Origin: an uncultured Acidobacteriota bacterium
GTDB lineage: Bacteria > Acidobacteriota > Thermoanaerobaculia > UBA5066
DNA: 64,000 nt
Direction: 5' to 3'
Assembly: GCA_963779415.1 (NCBI GenBank)
Contig: CAVZYA010000001.1
Coordinates: forward strand, 128,001-192,000
Position 1 is the stretch's first letter; every line of letters starts with the position of its first letter. The position numbers were made by a program, and so were the translations under genes. Under the pieces are notes generated by a model. It was given only the letters and a program-made list of their open reading frames with translations, searched no databases and was not told the DNA's origin. Shown in pieces: positions 33,276 to 44,056 of the stretch.

Positions 33276-35096
33276 CTACTCGCGGCTCTCGCGCGGCACG
33301 AAGAGAGACTGGCCCGCCCGGAGGGTCGCCGAGATCCGGATCTGGTTGAAACGAGCCAGCTCCTCCACCGTGATCCGGAAGCGGGTTGCAATCCGGGTGA
33401 GCGAATCGCCCGCCCGGACGGTATACCGAATGGTCGACGGCTGCGGATCGGGACGGGAGGCGGGAACGGTCTCGAACCCGCCCGCCGGGATGTTGACGCG
33501 GGCCTCGAGTGCCGGAGCGGACGTGCCTGTCGAGACCGACGGGCCCGCGGCGGCGCGAAACGGCGGCACCTCCTCGGGACGGGTGACGGCCGCCGCCGGC
33601 GTCGGAAGCGCCCGGATCTCGCCTTCCCCCTTCGTCGCGGCCGACGCCATTGCCGTGGCCGGAGCCCGGGCCCCCTGTGCTCGCGGGAGACGCGGCGGAA
33701 CGACCAGAACCTGGCCTTTCTTCAGCCGGGCTTTCCGGGGGAGGTCGTTGAAGCTGCAGAGCTCCTCGACGCTCACGCCGGCGCGGGAAGCGACCTTTGC
33801 CACGGTATCGCCCTTCTTCGCGACGATTCTCCGTTCACGGGCCGTGGGGGCCGGCGGAAGGGAGGCGAGACGCGTGACGAGCCGGTCGGCGCTCCCTTCG
33901 GGGATGCGGAGCGGATAGCCCGCGACGCCCGGCGGCGTAACCCGGAGCTTCAGCTCGCTGTTGAGGAGCTGCATCTCCGAAAGGGGCGCGCCGATGGCCT
34001 CGCCGACCCGGGCGAGGTCGACGGAGCGCGGAACCGGGACGACGTCGAACCGGAGCGGCGGGTCCAGAACGACGTCGAACCCGTAGCTCGCCGGGTCCCG
34101 GGAGATGAGGGCTGCGGCGAAGACGAAGGGCACGTACTCCTTCGTCTCGCGCCGGAAGAAGGCGCCGGAGGCGAGCTGCCAGTAGTCCGTGGCGCCGAGG
34201 CGCTGGAGACCTTTCAGGATCTTCCCCTCGCCGGCGTCGTACGCGGCCATCGCGAGGTCCCAGTCCCCGAACATCTCGTAGAGGTCCCGGAGGTAGCGCG
34301 CGGCCGCGCGCGTCGACTTCTCGGGATCGCTCCGCTCGTCGACGTACGACGTCCTCCGGAGGCCGTAGCGGCGGGCGGTCCCGTCGATGAACTGCCAGAA
34401 GCCGTGAGCCCGTGCTCGCGAGTGCGCGTTCGCCTTGAACGCCGACTCGATCATCGACATGTAGACGAGGTCCTCCGGGAGCCCTTCTTCGCGGAAGATC
34501 GCCTTCATCATCGGGAGGTAGCGTCCGCTCCGCTTGAGAGCGCCGGCAAATGCCTGTGGCGAGCGGAACTGGTAGAAGGCGACCGCGCGGAGGACGGAGT
34601 CGTTGACGACCACCGGAATGTCGAACGTCGCCCGGTGCGGGGCCGTCGTCACCTCGCGCTTGGCTCGCTCGACCTGGGCGGCCGTGGGAGCCGGGGCGTT
34701 CTCGGTCGCGAGGAGCGTGTCCTGCGTGTCCTCGACGGGCGGCCTCTCCGAGAGCTGCGGATCGGAGAGATTCTCGTAGAAGACGACCCCCTGCCAGAGC
34801 TGCTCGGCGAAAGCGGCATCCTCCGGGTCGCCGGAGCGCGCCGCGGCCTGGAATGTCTCGAGCGCGGAATGGAATTCGAGGTGCGCGCACTCGGCGTCGC
34901 CGGCGAGGGCGAACGCCTTTCCCCTCCGGAACTGCTCGGTGGCGCTCTCCCGGGCCGAAGGCGGGGCCGGTGCCGCGGGGGCCGGCTCGGGAGGGGGAGG
35001 GGCGGAAACGGCCGGCGCCGGCGTGGACGAGCAGCCGGAAAAGGCCGCGAAGGCCAATGCGAGACAAACCACCCCTGCGGCGCGCTTCACCGACAT
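33276..35096 (-). CDS. mltD: Lipoprotein lytic transglycosylase with LysM domains (MltD-like)
   Basis: Lipobox FSGC; SLT motifs IESAF, GFWQFI, AAYDAG, ETKEYV; two LysM domains. Confidence 0.88.
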   Translation of the reverse strand: MSVKRAAGVVCLALAFAAFSGCSSTPAPAVSAPPPPEPAPAAPAPPSARESATEQFRRGKAFALAGDAECAHLEFHSALETFQAAARSGDPEDAAFAEQLWQGVVFYENLSDPQLSERPPVEDTQDTLLATENAPAPTAAQVERAKREVTTAPHRATFDIPVVVNDSVLRAVAFYQFRSPQAFAGALKRSGRYLPMMKAIFREEGLPEDLVYMSMIESAFKANAHSRARAHGFWQFIDGTARRYGLRRTSYVDERSDPEKSTRAAARYLRDLYEMFGDWDLAMAAYDAGEGKILKGLQRLGATDYWQLASGAFFRRETKEYVPFVFAAALISRDPASYGFDVVLDPPLRFDVVPVPRSVDLARVGEAIGAPLSEMQLLNSELKLRVTPPGVAGYPLRIPEGSADRLVTRLASLPPAPTARERRIVAKKGDTVAKVASRAGVSVEELCSFNDLPRKARLKKGQVLVVPPRLPRAQGARAPATAMASAATKGEGEIRALPTPAAAVTRPEEVPPFRAAAGPSVSTGTSAPALEARVNIPAGGFETVPASRPDPQPSTIRYTVRAGDSLTRIATRFRITVEELARFNQIRISATLRAGQSLFVPRESRE

Positions 35097-35165
35097 CGCT
35101 CCCTTCCTATGAAAAAGGGAGGAAGCCGTCTGGTCAAGCGAAATCCGCCGTGCGAGCGATTTCGG

Positions 35166-36464
35166 TCACTTTCCGTGGATGTTGAACTTGAGCGCGAGGA
35201 GGAGCTTCTGGACGTCCTTGAGGCTCGAAAGCTCGACGGAAACCGTCGTCCCCTCCCCGAGGTTGCCGCCGCTGTCGTCCTGGAACCGAAGCGTCACGGT
35301 CGCACGGCGGCTTCGTCCGAGCTCCTCGCGCGGCAGCGCCACCTCGAACGACTGGGCGATGTCCTTCCGATGGTTCCGGCCCCCGAAGAGGATGTCGTCG
35401 AGATTCAGGGACGCTGAGCTTCGCGGCCGCGGCTCGTGGTCGGGAAGGGGACTTTTCTGCGTCGAGATCTTCCGGAGCTTTTCGAGCTCCGAGAGAATGT
35501 CGACGCTCGACCGGACCCTCACGTGCCGGACGGCGGTCTCGGCGGGGAGCGGCGTGTCCACGGGCTTCACCTCGGCGAACCGGACGTCGGACCCCATCTC
35601 CTCGAGGGGCTGAAGGGGCGGCGGCTTCATCGCCTCGAAAAACGGAGCCGGCGCCGGTCCGGAGGGCTCCGGAGCTCTTGCCCCGGCGCTCGGGGCCGGG
35701 CCGTCGTGGGCCTTCTGGAACTCGTGGAAGCGCGCGAGGCGCCGGAGCGTCGAGTCGGACGGCGAGGACCGGCGATCGTCGGACGGTGCCGCGGCCGGAG
35801 CGGCGACCGAGGCGGGGATCGGCGTCGCAAAGGCGGGAATGGTGGCGCCGGAGAAAGGCTTCCTTCCCTCCATGGTCATCTTCGACTTCAGGGACCTGAG
35901 CGTCACCTTAGAGATCGCCTTGAGCGTCTCGAAGACGCCCGGGCCGTTCGTGGCCGAGGCCTCGTACCATTCGATCGACCGGTCCTGATTGAGAACGTCG
36001 TTCATCTCGTCGACGGTCAGGATGTTCGGGAGGTCCCGCTTGTTGTACTGGAAGACGAGGGGGATCCCCTCGAGAGTCACGCCGATTTCGGCAAGGTTTT
36101 CCCTGAGATTTCGAAGGCTCTCCCGATTCGGCTCGCCCATGGGCCGCTGGGAGTCGGCGACGAAGACGATTCCGTCCACGCCCTTGAGAACGAGCTTCCG
36201 GGTCGTGTTGTAGAAGACCTGTCCCGGAACGGTGTAGAGCTGGAGGCGCGTCTTGAATCCGCTGATGATGCCGACGTCGAGCGGGAGGAGGTCGAAGAAG
36301 AGGGTCCGGTCGGTCTCCGTCTCGAGGGAGACCATCTCCCCCCGCGAGCCCGGGGCGGTGCGCCCGTAGATGTAGTGGAGATTGGTGGTCTTTCCGCACA
36401 GACCCGGACCGTAGTAGACGATCTTCGCGGCCATCTGCATCGTGGCGTAGTTGAAGAAGACCAT
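35166..36464 (-). CDS. mglA: MglA-like small GTPase with a long C-terminal extension
   Basis: KIVYYGPGLCGKTTN, RTLFFD, TVPGQ and NKRDLP match the MglA family; about 230 extra C-terminal residues. Confidence 0.85.
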   Translation of the reverse strand: MVFFNYATMQMAAKIVYYGPGLCGKTTNLHYIYGRTAPGSRGEMVSLETETDRTLFFDLLPLDVGIISGFKTRLQLYTVPGQVFYNTTRKLVLKGVDGIVFVADSQRPMGEPNRESLRNLRENLAEIGVTLEGIPLVFQYNKRDLPNILTVDEMNDVLNQDRSIEWYEASATNGPGVFETLKAISKVTLRSLKSKMTMEGRKPFSGATIPAFATPIPASVAAPAAAPSDDRRSSPSDSTLRRLARFHEFQKAHDGPAPSAGARAPEPSGPAPAPFFEAMKPPPLQPLEEMGSDVRFAEVKPVDTPLPAETAVRHVRVRSSVDILSELEKLRKISTQKSPLPDHEPRPRSSASLNLDDILFGGRNHRKDIAQSFEVALPREELGRSRRATVTLRFQDDSGGNLGEGTTVSVELSSLKDVQKLLLALKFNIHGK

Positions 36465-36598
36465 CGTGGGTCCGGTTCCGGGCGCGCTCCGCGGGCGCGT
36501 CGGTCGATGTTAGCACCGGCTCTCTCACGGGGAACCGCCGCGCCCCGTTTCGGACGGGCGCGGGATAAACTCGGCGGGTCGGGAGGGATGGGCCGACC

Positions 36599-37660
36599 TT
36601 GGCGAATGCCGGAAAGACGCTCGATGAGAGGTCCCGGGAGGTGTTGGGTGCGGTCGTCCGCACTCACATCGGGAGCGGGGCCCCTGTCTCGTCGCGCCAA
36701 CTGACCAGGCTCGGGACCTTCGCCCTGTCGTCGGCGTCCCTCCGGAACCTGATGGCCGATCTCGAAGACCTGGGGTTCCTTACCCACCCGCACGTCTCGT
36801 CGGGACGGGTCCCGACGGATCTCGGATACCGGACGTTCGTGAGCGAGCTGATGGCCACTCGGGCGCCGCGTCCCGAGGACCGGGCGCGGATCGTCTCGGA
36901 GCTCTCCCCGGAGACGTTCGGGATGGACCGGTTCCTGCGCGGCGTCTCGCGGCTCCTCTCCGAGCTGACGGGCGAGGTCGGGGTCGTCGCGCCGCCCCCG
37001 GCGGTCCGCTTCGTCCTCCGGTCGGTCCACTTCTCGCGGGTGGCCGAGCGGAAGATCGTCGTCGTGCAGGTCTCGGAGTCCGGGCTCGTCGAGAGCCGGC
37101 TCATCGAGACGCGGGAGGATTTCCCTCAGTCCGAGCTGGACGCGGCCTCGCGGCGGCTGACGGTCGAGTACGGCGGACGGACGCTTGCCGAGATCCGCCG
37201 GACCCTGCTCGACACGCTCTGCGAGGAGAAGGCGCGTGTCGACGCGGCGCTCCAGCGGACGCTCGAGCTGGGACAGAAGGCCTTCGGCGAGAGCCGCGCT
37301 CCCGACGAAACCGTGATCGTGGAGGGGACCGAGGTACTTTTCTCGAAGCCCGAGTTCCAGCGGGACCTCGAAGCTCTCCGGAAGCTCCTCCGAAGCGTCG
37401 AGGAGAGGGCCCGTCTCGTCCACCTCCTGACGGACTGTCTCTCGGCGCACGGGACCACCGTCGTCATCGGCTCGGAGAACGATTTCACCGGGGAGACCCA
37501 GAGCGCGGTCGTGACGGCGACCTACCGGTGCGGAGAGCATGCGCTGGGCGTCCTCGGAATCATCGGCCCGCGCCGGATGGAGTACGAGCAGGTCGTCCCG
37601 ATCGTCGAGGAGCTGGGGCGTTTCGTGACGTCCCGTCTCACCGAGGAGTGGGGGCCGTGA
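36599..37660 (+). CDS. hrcA: Heat-inducible transcription repressor HrcA
   Basis: Motifs PVSSR, SSASLRNLMADLE, PHVSSGRVPTDLGYR, GIIGPRRMEY. Confidence 0.93.
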   Translation: MANAGKTLDERSREVLGAVVRTHIGSGAPVSSRQLTRLGTFALSSASLRNLMADLEDLGFLTHPHVSSGRVPTDLGYRTFVSELMATRAPRPEDRARIVSELSPETFGMDRFLRGVSRLLSELTGEVGVVAPPPAVRFVLRSVHFSRVAERKIVVVQVSESGLVESRLIETREDFPQSELDAASRRLTVEYGGRTLAEIRRTLLDTLCEEKARVDAALQRTLELGQKAFGESRAPDETVIVEGTEVLFSKPEFQRDLEALRKLLRSVEERARLVHLLTDCLSAHGTTVVIGSENDFTGETQSAVVTATYRCGEHALGVLGIIGPRRMEYEQVVPIVEELGRFVTSRLTEEWGP

Positions 37661-38385
37661 AGAAGCCGCCTCAGCCCCCGCCGTCTCCGGACGACGGGGT
37701 CGTCTACATCGAGGACGAAGGCGCCGAGGACCTGGCGAAGGCCCTCGCCGAGGCCGAGCGGGCCGTCGCGGCCGCCGCGGAGAAGCGTCGCCACGTCGAG
37801 GAGGCGACAGCCGCCGCGGCCGCCCCGGTCGCCGCCGCGCCCCCGGAGGCACCGCCGCTCGACGAGAAGCTCCGCGAGATCGCGACGAAGCTCGCCGGGG
37901 CGGAGGAGCGGCTTCTGACCGAGCAGGAGGAGTCCGGCCGGCTGCGGGAAGCCCTTCTCCGCAAGACCGCCGACTTCGAGAACCTGAAGCGGAGGACCGA
38001 ACGCGAAAAGAGCGAGTACTTCCGGTTCGCGCTCGTGGAGGTCTTCTCCGACCTTCTCGGCGTTCTCGACAACTTCGAGCGGGCGCTCCGCCACCTCGTG
38101 AACGGAGACGCCGCGACGGGCTCCGACGTCCACGTCGGGATCGAGATGATCTCGAGGCAGCTCGGAGACGTCCTCCGGAGGAACGGGCTGGCCGAAGTGG
38201 CCGCGCTCGGGCTTCCGTTCGATCCCAACGTGCACGAGGCGGTCGTCCGCGAGGAGTCGCGGGACGCCGAGCCGGGCACGATTCTCGAGGTGCTCCAGAA
38301 GGGCTACCTCCTGAACGACCGGCTCCTTCGGCCGGCGAAAGTCAAGGTCGCGGCTCCGCCGGCGGCCGGAGGCGTGGAGAACTGA
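37657..38385 (+). CDS. grpE: Nucleotide exchange factor GrpE
   Basis: Motifs ADFENLKRR, DNFERAL, FDPNVHEAV, KGYLLNDRLLRPAKV. Confidence 0.95.
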   Translation: MKKPPQPPPSPDDGVVYIEDEGAEDLAKALAEAERAVAAAAEKRRHVEEATAAAAAPVAAAPPEAPPLDEKLREIATKLAGAEERLLTEQEESGRLREALLRKTADFENLKRRTEREKSEYFRFALVEVFSDLLGVLDNFERALRHLVNGDAATGSDVHVGIEMISRQLGDVLRRNGLAEVAALGLPFDPNVHEAVVREESRDAEPGTILEVLQKGYLLNDRLLRPAKVKVAAPPAAGGVEN

Positions 38386-40209
38386 ATGGCGAAGGTCATC
38401 GGCATCGACCTCGGGACGACGAACTGCTGTGCGGCGGTCGTGGAGGTGGGCTCTCCCCAGGTCATCGCGAACCGCGAGGGAGCGCGGACGACTCCCTCCA
38501 TCGTCGGCTTCACCGAGGACGGCGAGCGCCTCGTCGGACAGATCGCGAAGCGTCAGGCCATCACAAACCCGACGCAGACGATCTACGCCGTCAAGAGGCT
38601 GATCGGACGGAAGTGGGACGACCCCGAGGTGAAGCAGGCCCGGGAGCACCTCTCCTATCAGCTCGCGCCCGCGACGAACGGGGACCTGAAGATCCGGGTC
38701 CGGGACAAGGACTACGCCCCCGAGGAGATTTCCGCCTTTATCCTGCGCGAGATCCGGGAGTTCTGCGAGGAGGCCCTCGGCGAGGAGATCCGCGAGGCGA
38801 TCATCACCGTCCCGGCCTACTTCGACGACTCGCAGCGGCAGGCGACGCGCGACTCGGGGAGGATCGCGGGGCTCGAGGTGCTCCGGATCATCAACGAGCC
38901 GACGGCGGCGTCGCTCGCCTACGGGCTCGAGAAGCAGAAAAAGCAGGAGACGATCGCCGTCTACGACCTCGGCGGCGGCACGTTCGACATCTCGATCCTC
39001 CGGATCGACAGCGGGATGTTCGAGGTCCTGTCGACCTCGGGCGACACGTTTCTCGGCGGCGAGGACTTCGACCGCTGCGTGATGGACTGGCTCCTCGCCG
39101 ACTTCCTCAAGCAGACCGGGATCGACCTCCGGCAAGACCGCCTCGCCCTCCAGCGCCTCAAGGAAGCGGCCGAGAAGGCCAAGTGCGAGCTTTCGAGCGC
39201 GCTCGAGACGACGATCGCCCTGCCGTTCATCGCCTCGGACGCCTCCGGGCCGAAGCACATCAACAAGGTCCTCTCGCGGGACCAGTTCGAGGCCCTCGTG
39301 GCCGAGCTGGTCCAGCGGACCGAGGGGCCGTGCCGGAACGCGCTCGAGGCCGCCGGTCTGAAGCCGGACCAGGTCGACAACATCATCCTCGTCGGCGGGC
39401 AGACCCGCACGCCGATGGTCCAGCGGATGGTGGAGACGATCTTCGGCAAGCCCCCGAACCGCTCGATCAACCCGGACGAGGTCGTCGCGGTCGGCGCCGC
39501 CATCCAGGCGGGCGTCCTCCGCGGCGAGATCAAGGACCTCGTCCTCCTGGACGTCACGCCCCTCTCGCTCGGCATCGAGACCCACGGAGGGATCTTCGTG
39601 AAGCTCATCGAGCGGAACTCGACGATCCCGACGAAGAACACGCAGATCTTCACGACGGTCGCCGACAACCAGACGACGGTCGAGGTCAACGTCCTGCAGG
39701 GCGAGCGCGAGATCGCCAAGGAGAACAAGCCCCTCGGCAAGTTCCAGCTCATCGGAATCCCGGCCGCGGCGAAGGGGGTCCCGCAGATCGAGGTCACCTT
39801 CGCCATCGACTCCTCGGGGATCGTGAACGTCTCGGCGCGCGACCTCGCGACCGGCAAGGCACAGGGGATACAGATCAACCCGGCCGGAGGCCTCTCCCAG
39901 GAGGAGATCGACCGGATCATCTCGGAAGCCGCGTCGAACAAAGCGGCCGACCAGAAGAAGAGGGAGCTGCGCCAGCTGAAGAACAAGCTCGAAGGGATGA
40001 TCGCGGGGAACGACCGGATCTTCCGGGAGTTCGGGAACCTTCTCGCGGCGGACGAGCGGGAACGCGTGGAAAAGACGCTGGGCAACGCACGCGAGGTGAT
40101 GACGGGCGACGAGCGGGGCCCGATCGACGACGCCCTGATCGACATGAAGGGCGTCTCGAAGATCCTCACGCAGGCCATGCTCTACAAGCCCGAGAACCGG
40201 GACGCCTGA
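38386..40209 (+). CDS. dnaK: Molecular chaperone DnaK (Hsp70)
   Basis: Motifs GIDLGTTN, TVPAYF, INEPTAA, DLGGGTFD, LLDVTPLSLG. Confidence 0.97.
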   Translation: MAKVIGIDLGTTNCCAAVVEVGSPQVIANREGARTTPSIVGFTEDGERLVGQIAKRQAITNPTQTIYAVKRLIGRKWDDPEVKQAREHLSYQLAPATNGDLKIRVRDKDYAPEEISAFILREIREFCEEALGEEIREAIITVPAYFDDSQRQATRDSGRIAGLEVLRIINEPTAASLAYGLEKQKKQETIAVYDLGGGTFDISILRIDSGMFEVLSTSGDTFLGGEDFDRCVMDWLLADFLKQTGIDLRQDRLALQRLKEAAEKAKCELSSALETTIALPFIASDASGPKHINKVLSRDQFEALVAELVQRTEGPCRNALEAAGLKPDQVDNIILVGGQTRTPMVQRMVETIFGKPPNRSINPDEVVAVGAAIQAGVLRGEIKDLVLLDVTPLSLGIETHGGIFVKLIERNSTIPTKNTQIFTTVADNQTTVEVNVLQGEREIAKENKPLGKFQLIGIPAAAKGVPQIEVTFAIDSSGIVNVSARDLATGKAQGIQINPAGGLSQEEIDRIISEAASNKAADQKKRELRQLKNKLEGMIAGNDRIFREFGNLLAADERERVEKTLGNAREVMTGDERGPIDDALIDMKGVSKILTQAMLYKPENRDA

Positions 40210-40256
40210 TCGCCGGCCTCCCCTGCGCGGGGCGTCGCCGCTAGAATCGCCCGCCC

Positions 40257-41384
40257 GTGAGAAACACCGTGAGTGACTTCTACGAGATCCTCGGCGTTCC
40301 GCGCGACGCGCCGAACGAGGCCATCAAGTCGGCCTACCGCAAGGCGGCCCTGAAGTACCACCCGGACCGGAATCCGGGGAACCACGAGGCCGCGGAGCGC
40401 TTCCGGGAAGCGGCCGAAGCGTACTCGGTCCTCTCGGATCCCGAGAAGCGATCGCATTACGACCGTTTCGGCCCCGACGCGTTCCGCGGCGCCGGGGGAC
40501 CCCGGTTCGACCCGACGAGCTTCGTGGACTTCGCCGACATCCTCGGGGACTTCTTCGGCTTCGGTGGAGGGGGGACGGTCGCGCGCGGCCGCCGCCGGCA
40601 GGGGGAGGACCTCCGCGCCGACGTGCGGCTCACCTTCGAGAAGGCGGCGTTCGGTACGGAGGTCTCCGTGCCGCTCTCGCGCCAGGAAACCTGCGAGACC
40701 TGCGGCGGGCGCGGCGGGAAAGGAGGCGCGGGCGCGACCACCTGCGCGACCTGCCGCGGCCAGGGACAGCTCCAGTTCCGGCAGGGCTTCTTCGCCATGT
40801 CGCGCCCCTGCCCGGAGTGCGAGGGGACGGGGGAGCGGGTGAAGGACCCCTGCCCGGACTGCCGCGGCGAGGGGAGGGTCCTTCGACAGCGGACGCTCAC
40901 CATCCACGTCCCGGCCGGAGTCGACGACGGCGCGCGCCTCCGCCTGACCGGCGAGGGGAACCGGGGACGCGCGGGCGGCCGCCCGGGCGACCTCTACGTC
41001 GTCCTCTCCGTCGCGCCGCACGAATCGTTCCGCCGCGACGGCGCCGACGTGATCCTGACGTGGGCCGTGCCGTTCCACGTGGCGGCGCTCGGCGGACCCG
41101 TCACGGTCCCGACGCTCGAAGGGGACTCGACCTTCGACATCCCCGCCGGGACGGCCGCGGGGCGCGTCTTCAGCCTGAAGGGGAAGGGGATCCCTCGCCT
41201 CGACGGGCGCGGGCGCGGGGACCAGCACGTCCTCGTCACCATCCGCGTCCCGAAGAAGATGAACGCCGCCCAGCGCGACGCGATCCAGCGTCTCGCCTCC
41301 GCCTTCGAGGACGGCGTTTCGGGCGCGCCGACGAAGGACGAGAAGGGGTTCTTCGAGCGGCTGAAGGACTTCCTCTCGGAGTGA
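40257..41384 (+). CDS. dnaJ: Molecular chaperone DnaJ
   Basis: HPD J-domain, four CxxCxGxG repeats, GDLYV. Confidence 0.97.
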   Translation: MRNTVSDFYEILGVPRDAPNEAIKSAYRKAALKYHPDRNPGNHEAAERFREAAEAYSVLSDPEKRSHYDRFGPDAFRGAGGPRFDPTSFVDFADILGDFFGFGGGGTVARGRRRQGEDLRADVRLTFEKAAFGTEVSVPLSRQETCETCGGRGGKGGAGATTCATCRGQGQLQFRQGFFAMSRPCPECEGTGERVKDPCPDCRGEGRVLRQRTLTIHVPAGVDDGARLRLTGEGNRGRAGGRPGDLYVVLSVAPHESFRRDGADVILTWAVPFHVAALGGPVTVPTLEGDSTFDIPAGTAAGRVFSLKGKGIPRLDGRGRGDQHVLVTIRVPKKMNAAQRDAIQRLASAFEDGVSGAPTKDEKGFFERLKDFLSE

Positions 41385-42214
41385 GCGGCGCCGTCCGCTT
41401 CGTGGTGCCGGCGGAGAATGCCGGTGACGTCGAAGAGAATCTCTTCGAGGGGTTCGGAGAGATCGCCTTTTCCGCCACGCGCGAGCCTTCCGGCGAACTC
41501 TCGATCTGGGTGGAGGGAGGCGACGCCGCCGGAGCGCGGACGATCCTGGAAGGACTGGGCGCCGCCGGAGTTCCTTCTTTCGAAGAGATCCCCCGGGACT
41601 GGGTGGCCGACGCGGCGGCCTTGCGGACGAGTGTTGTCGTCGGCCGCTATCTTCTCGACCCGCACGACGGCGCTCTGGCGACCGCGCCCGCCCCGGGACA
41701 GATCCGCCTCTCGCTCCCGGCGGCCCGCGCCTTCGGGACCGGCTCGCACGAGTCGACGCGCCTCGCGATCCGTCTCCTCCTTTCCGAGACTCTCGCGGGA
41801 CGGCGCGTCCTCGACGTCGGCTGCGGCGCGGGGACGCTCGCCTTCGTCGCCGCCCTTGAGGGCGCTGCATGGACGATGGCGTTCGACCTCGACGTCGATG
41901 CCGCGCTCGCGACCCGCGAGCACGGGATCGCGAACCGGATCCGCCGCCTCGCCGTCTTCGCCGGGCCTCTCGAGGCGATCCGCCAGGCCGCGCGGTTCGA
42001 CGTGATCGTCGCGAACATGATTCTCGAAGAGGTCGCGCCGCTTCTCCCGGGGCTCCGCTCCCGCCTTTCGCGCCGGGGCCGGCTTCTCAGCTCGGGGCTT
42101 CTCGTCGAGCGAAGGAGGGAATGGGAAGATCTGCTGCGAGAAAAGGACTACCGGATCGTCCGCTCTCTCGCCGAGGGCGAATGGCTGGGGACGGCCGCCG
42201 AATCCGTCGAATGA
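41381..42214 (+). CDS. prmA: Ribosomal protein L11 methyltransferase PrmA
   Basis: Motifs [29 protein letters not shown]; follows dnaJ. Confidence 0.88.
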   Translation: MSGAVRFVVPAENAGDVEENLFEGFGEIAFSATREPSGELSIWVEGGDAAGARTILEGLGAAGVPSFEEIPRDWVADAAALRTSVVVGRYLLDPHDGALATAPAPGQIRLSLPAARAFGTGSHESTRLAIRLLLSETLAGRRVLDVGCGAGTLAFVAALEGAAWTMAFDLDVDAALATREHGIANRIRRLAVFAGPLEAIRQAARFDVIVANMILEEVAPLLPGLRSRLSRRGRLLSSGLLVERRREWEDLLREKDYRIVRSLAEGEWLGTAAESVE

Positions 42215-43054
42215 AAGAGACGAAGAACGGAGTGCCACGGACCGAGGCGCCCCGCCCGCCGCGGGTGCTCGTGCCGGACGTGGCGGCGCCTCGGGGCAAG
42301 GCCGAAGAGATCGTTCTTCGAAAGGAAGAGACGGCTCATCTCCGGTCCCGCCGCCTTCGCGACGGGGACGAGGTCATCGTCCTTGACGGAAAGGGCGGCC
42401 GGGGAAACGGGACGATCGCCTCGAGGGGGACGGCGGTACGTCTCCTCTCCTTCGAAGAAAGCCCCGGTCTCCTCTCCCCATCCCCATCCTCATCCGCATC
42501 CTTCTCTTCGCTCCCGGGCGAGCCGGCTCTTCGGGTCACCGTCCTTCTTGCGTGCGCGGAGCCGGCGCGTGTCGAGTGGGCCGTCGAGAAAGGGACCGAG
42601 TGCGGCGCCGCGGCGTTCGTGCTGCTCGCCGCCGGCGCGCTCGCAGCGGGCCCACGTCGCGGCGCTCCGGGCGCGCCTTCCGCGCCTCTCGCGGATCGCG
42701 GCCGAAGCGGCGAAGCAGTGCGACCGGACGATCGTCCCCGAGATCGAGGGACCCGAAGAGATCGGGACTTTTCTTCGAAGGGAAGAAGAGCGGGGGGATG
42801 CGCGGCTCCCGCTTCTGCTGGCCGATCCCTCCGGCGCGCCGCTCGCAAGGACGATCTCCTCGCCGTCCGTCTCCGCGTCCCTGGCCCGCGGACTGGTCCT
42901 CGCGATAGGCCCCGAGGGGGGATTCACGCCGGCGGAGCTCTCCTCATTCGAAGAGTCCGGCGCTCTTCGGTTCTCCCTCGGCCCCCGCATCCTCCGCCTC
43001 GAGACCGCCGTCGTCGCGGCGCTCACCGTCTTGGTCGGTGGGGCGGACCGCTGA
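42211..43054 (+). CDS. rsmE: 16S rRNA m3U1498 methyltransferase RsmE, with an apparent 1-nt frameshift near 42634
   Basis: HLRSRRL and VEKGTECG in one frame; EAAKQCDR, IGPEGG and LGPRILRLETA in the next. Confidence 0.88.
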
Positions 43055-43111
43055 CGGGTTCGCCGGCGATTTTTCGGTTAGGATCTCGCGGTCCTCGGAC
43101 GGGAGGGGCTC

Positions 43112-44056
43112 ATGGCATTCGAGAACGTCAGGAAAATCTGGATGAACGGCAAGCTCGTCGACTTCGCCGACGCGAAGATCCACATCTTCACGCACGCGCT
43201 TCACTACGGCTCGGGCGTCTTCGAGGGCGAGCGGTGCTACGACACGGCGCGCGGCCCCGCGGTCTTCCGCCTCGAGGAGCACCTCGACCGCCTCCTCTGG
43301 TCGGCCAAGATCTACCGGATGCAGATCCCGTACTCGATTGATCAGCTCAAGGAAGCGACCCTCGAGACGATTCGCGCGAACGGCTTCAAGGCGTGCTACA
43401 TCCGCCCGCTCGTCTACCGGGGCTTCGGCTCTCTCGGCGTGAATCCCTTCCCGAACCCGGTGGACGTCGCGATCGGCTGCTACGAGTGGGGGAAGTACCT
43501 CGGACCGGAGGCGCTCGAGAAGGGCGTGGACGTCTGCTGCTCGTCCTGGATGCGGATCGCGCCGAACACGATGCCGGCCATGGCGAAGGCGACGGCGAAC
43601 TACGCCAACAGCCAGCTCATCAAGATGGAAGCCATCACGAACGGCTACCACGAGGGGATCGCCCTCGACCACAACGGACGCGTCTCGGAAGGCTCGGGCG
43701 AGAACCTCTTCCTCGTCTGGAAGGGGCGCCTCTACACGCCGCCTCTCTCGGCCTCGACGCTTCCGGGGATCACCCGGCTCTCCGTCATCCAGCTCGCTCG
43801 CGAGCTCGGTTTCCACATGGAGGAGAAGACGATCCCTCGCGAGATGATCTACGCCGCCGACGAGATGTTCTTCACCGGAACGGCGGCCGAGATCACGCCG
43901 ATCCGCTCGGTCGACAAGATCCCGGTCGGAGCCGGCTCGCGCGGCACGATGACGGCGAAGCTGCAGAAGGCCTTCTTCGAGATCGTCGAGGGGACGGTGC
44001 CCGACCGTTACGGCTGGCTCACGCCGGTCTACGCAGACGTCCCCGCACGGTCCTGA
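43112..44056 (+). CDS. ilvE: Branched-chain amino acid aminotransferase
   Basis: Motifs HALHYGSGVFEG, YIRP, AKATANY, EGSGEN, LPGITR, GTAAEITP. Confidence 0.96.
   Translation: MAFENVRKIWMNGKLVDFADAKIHIFTHALHYGSGVFEGERCYDTARGPAVFRLEEHLDRLLWSAKIYRMQIPYSIDQLKEATLETIRANGFKACYIRPLVYRGFGSLGVNPFPNPVDVAIGCYEWGKYLGPEALEKGVDVCCSSWMRIAPNTMPAMAKATANYANSQLIKMEAITNGYHEGIALDHNGRVSEGSGENLFLVWKGRLYTPPLSASTLPGITRLSVIQLARELGFHMEEKTIPREMIYAADEMFFTGTAAEITPIRSVDKIPVGAGSRGTMTAKLQKAFFEIVEGTVPDRYGWLTPVYADVPARS

Noticed and set aside
36510-36536. CIRCE element upstream of hrcA
   Set aside because: Only 7 bases of the left arm match and the right arm is absent; it is better explained as the -10 of the divergent gene.
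37522-40178. Long antisense and alternate-frame ORFs over dnaK (also over secA, guaB, the VWA gene and paoC)
   Set aside because: These are shadow ORFs expected from high GC3 and few stop codons; they carry no recognisable domains.
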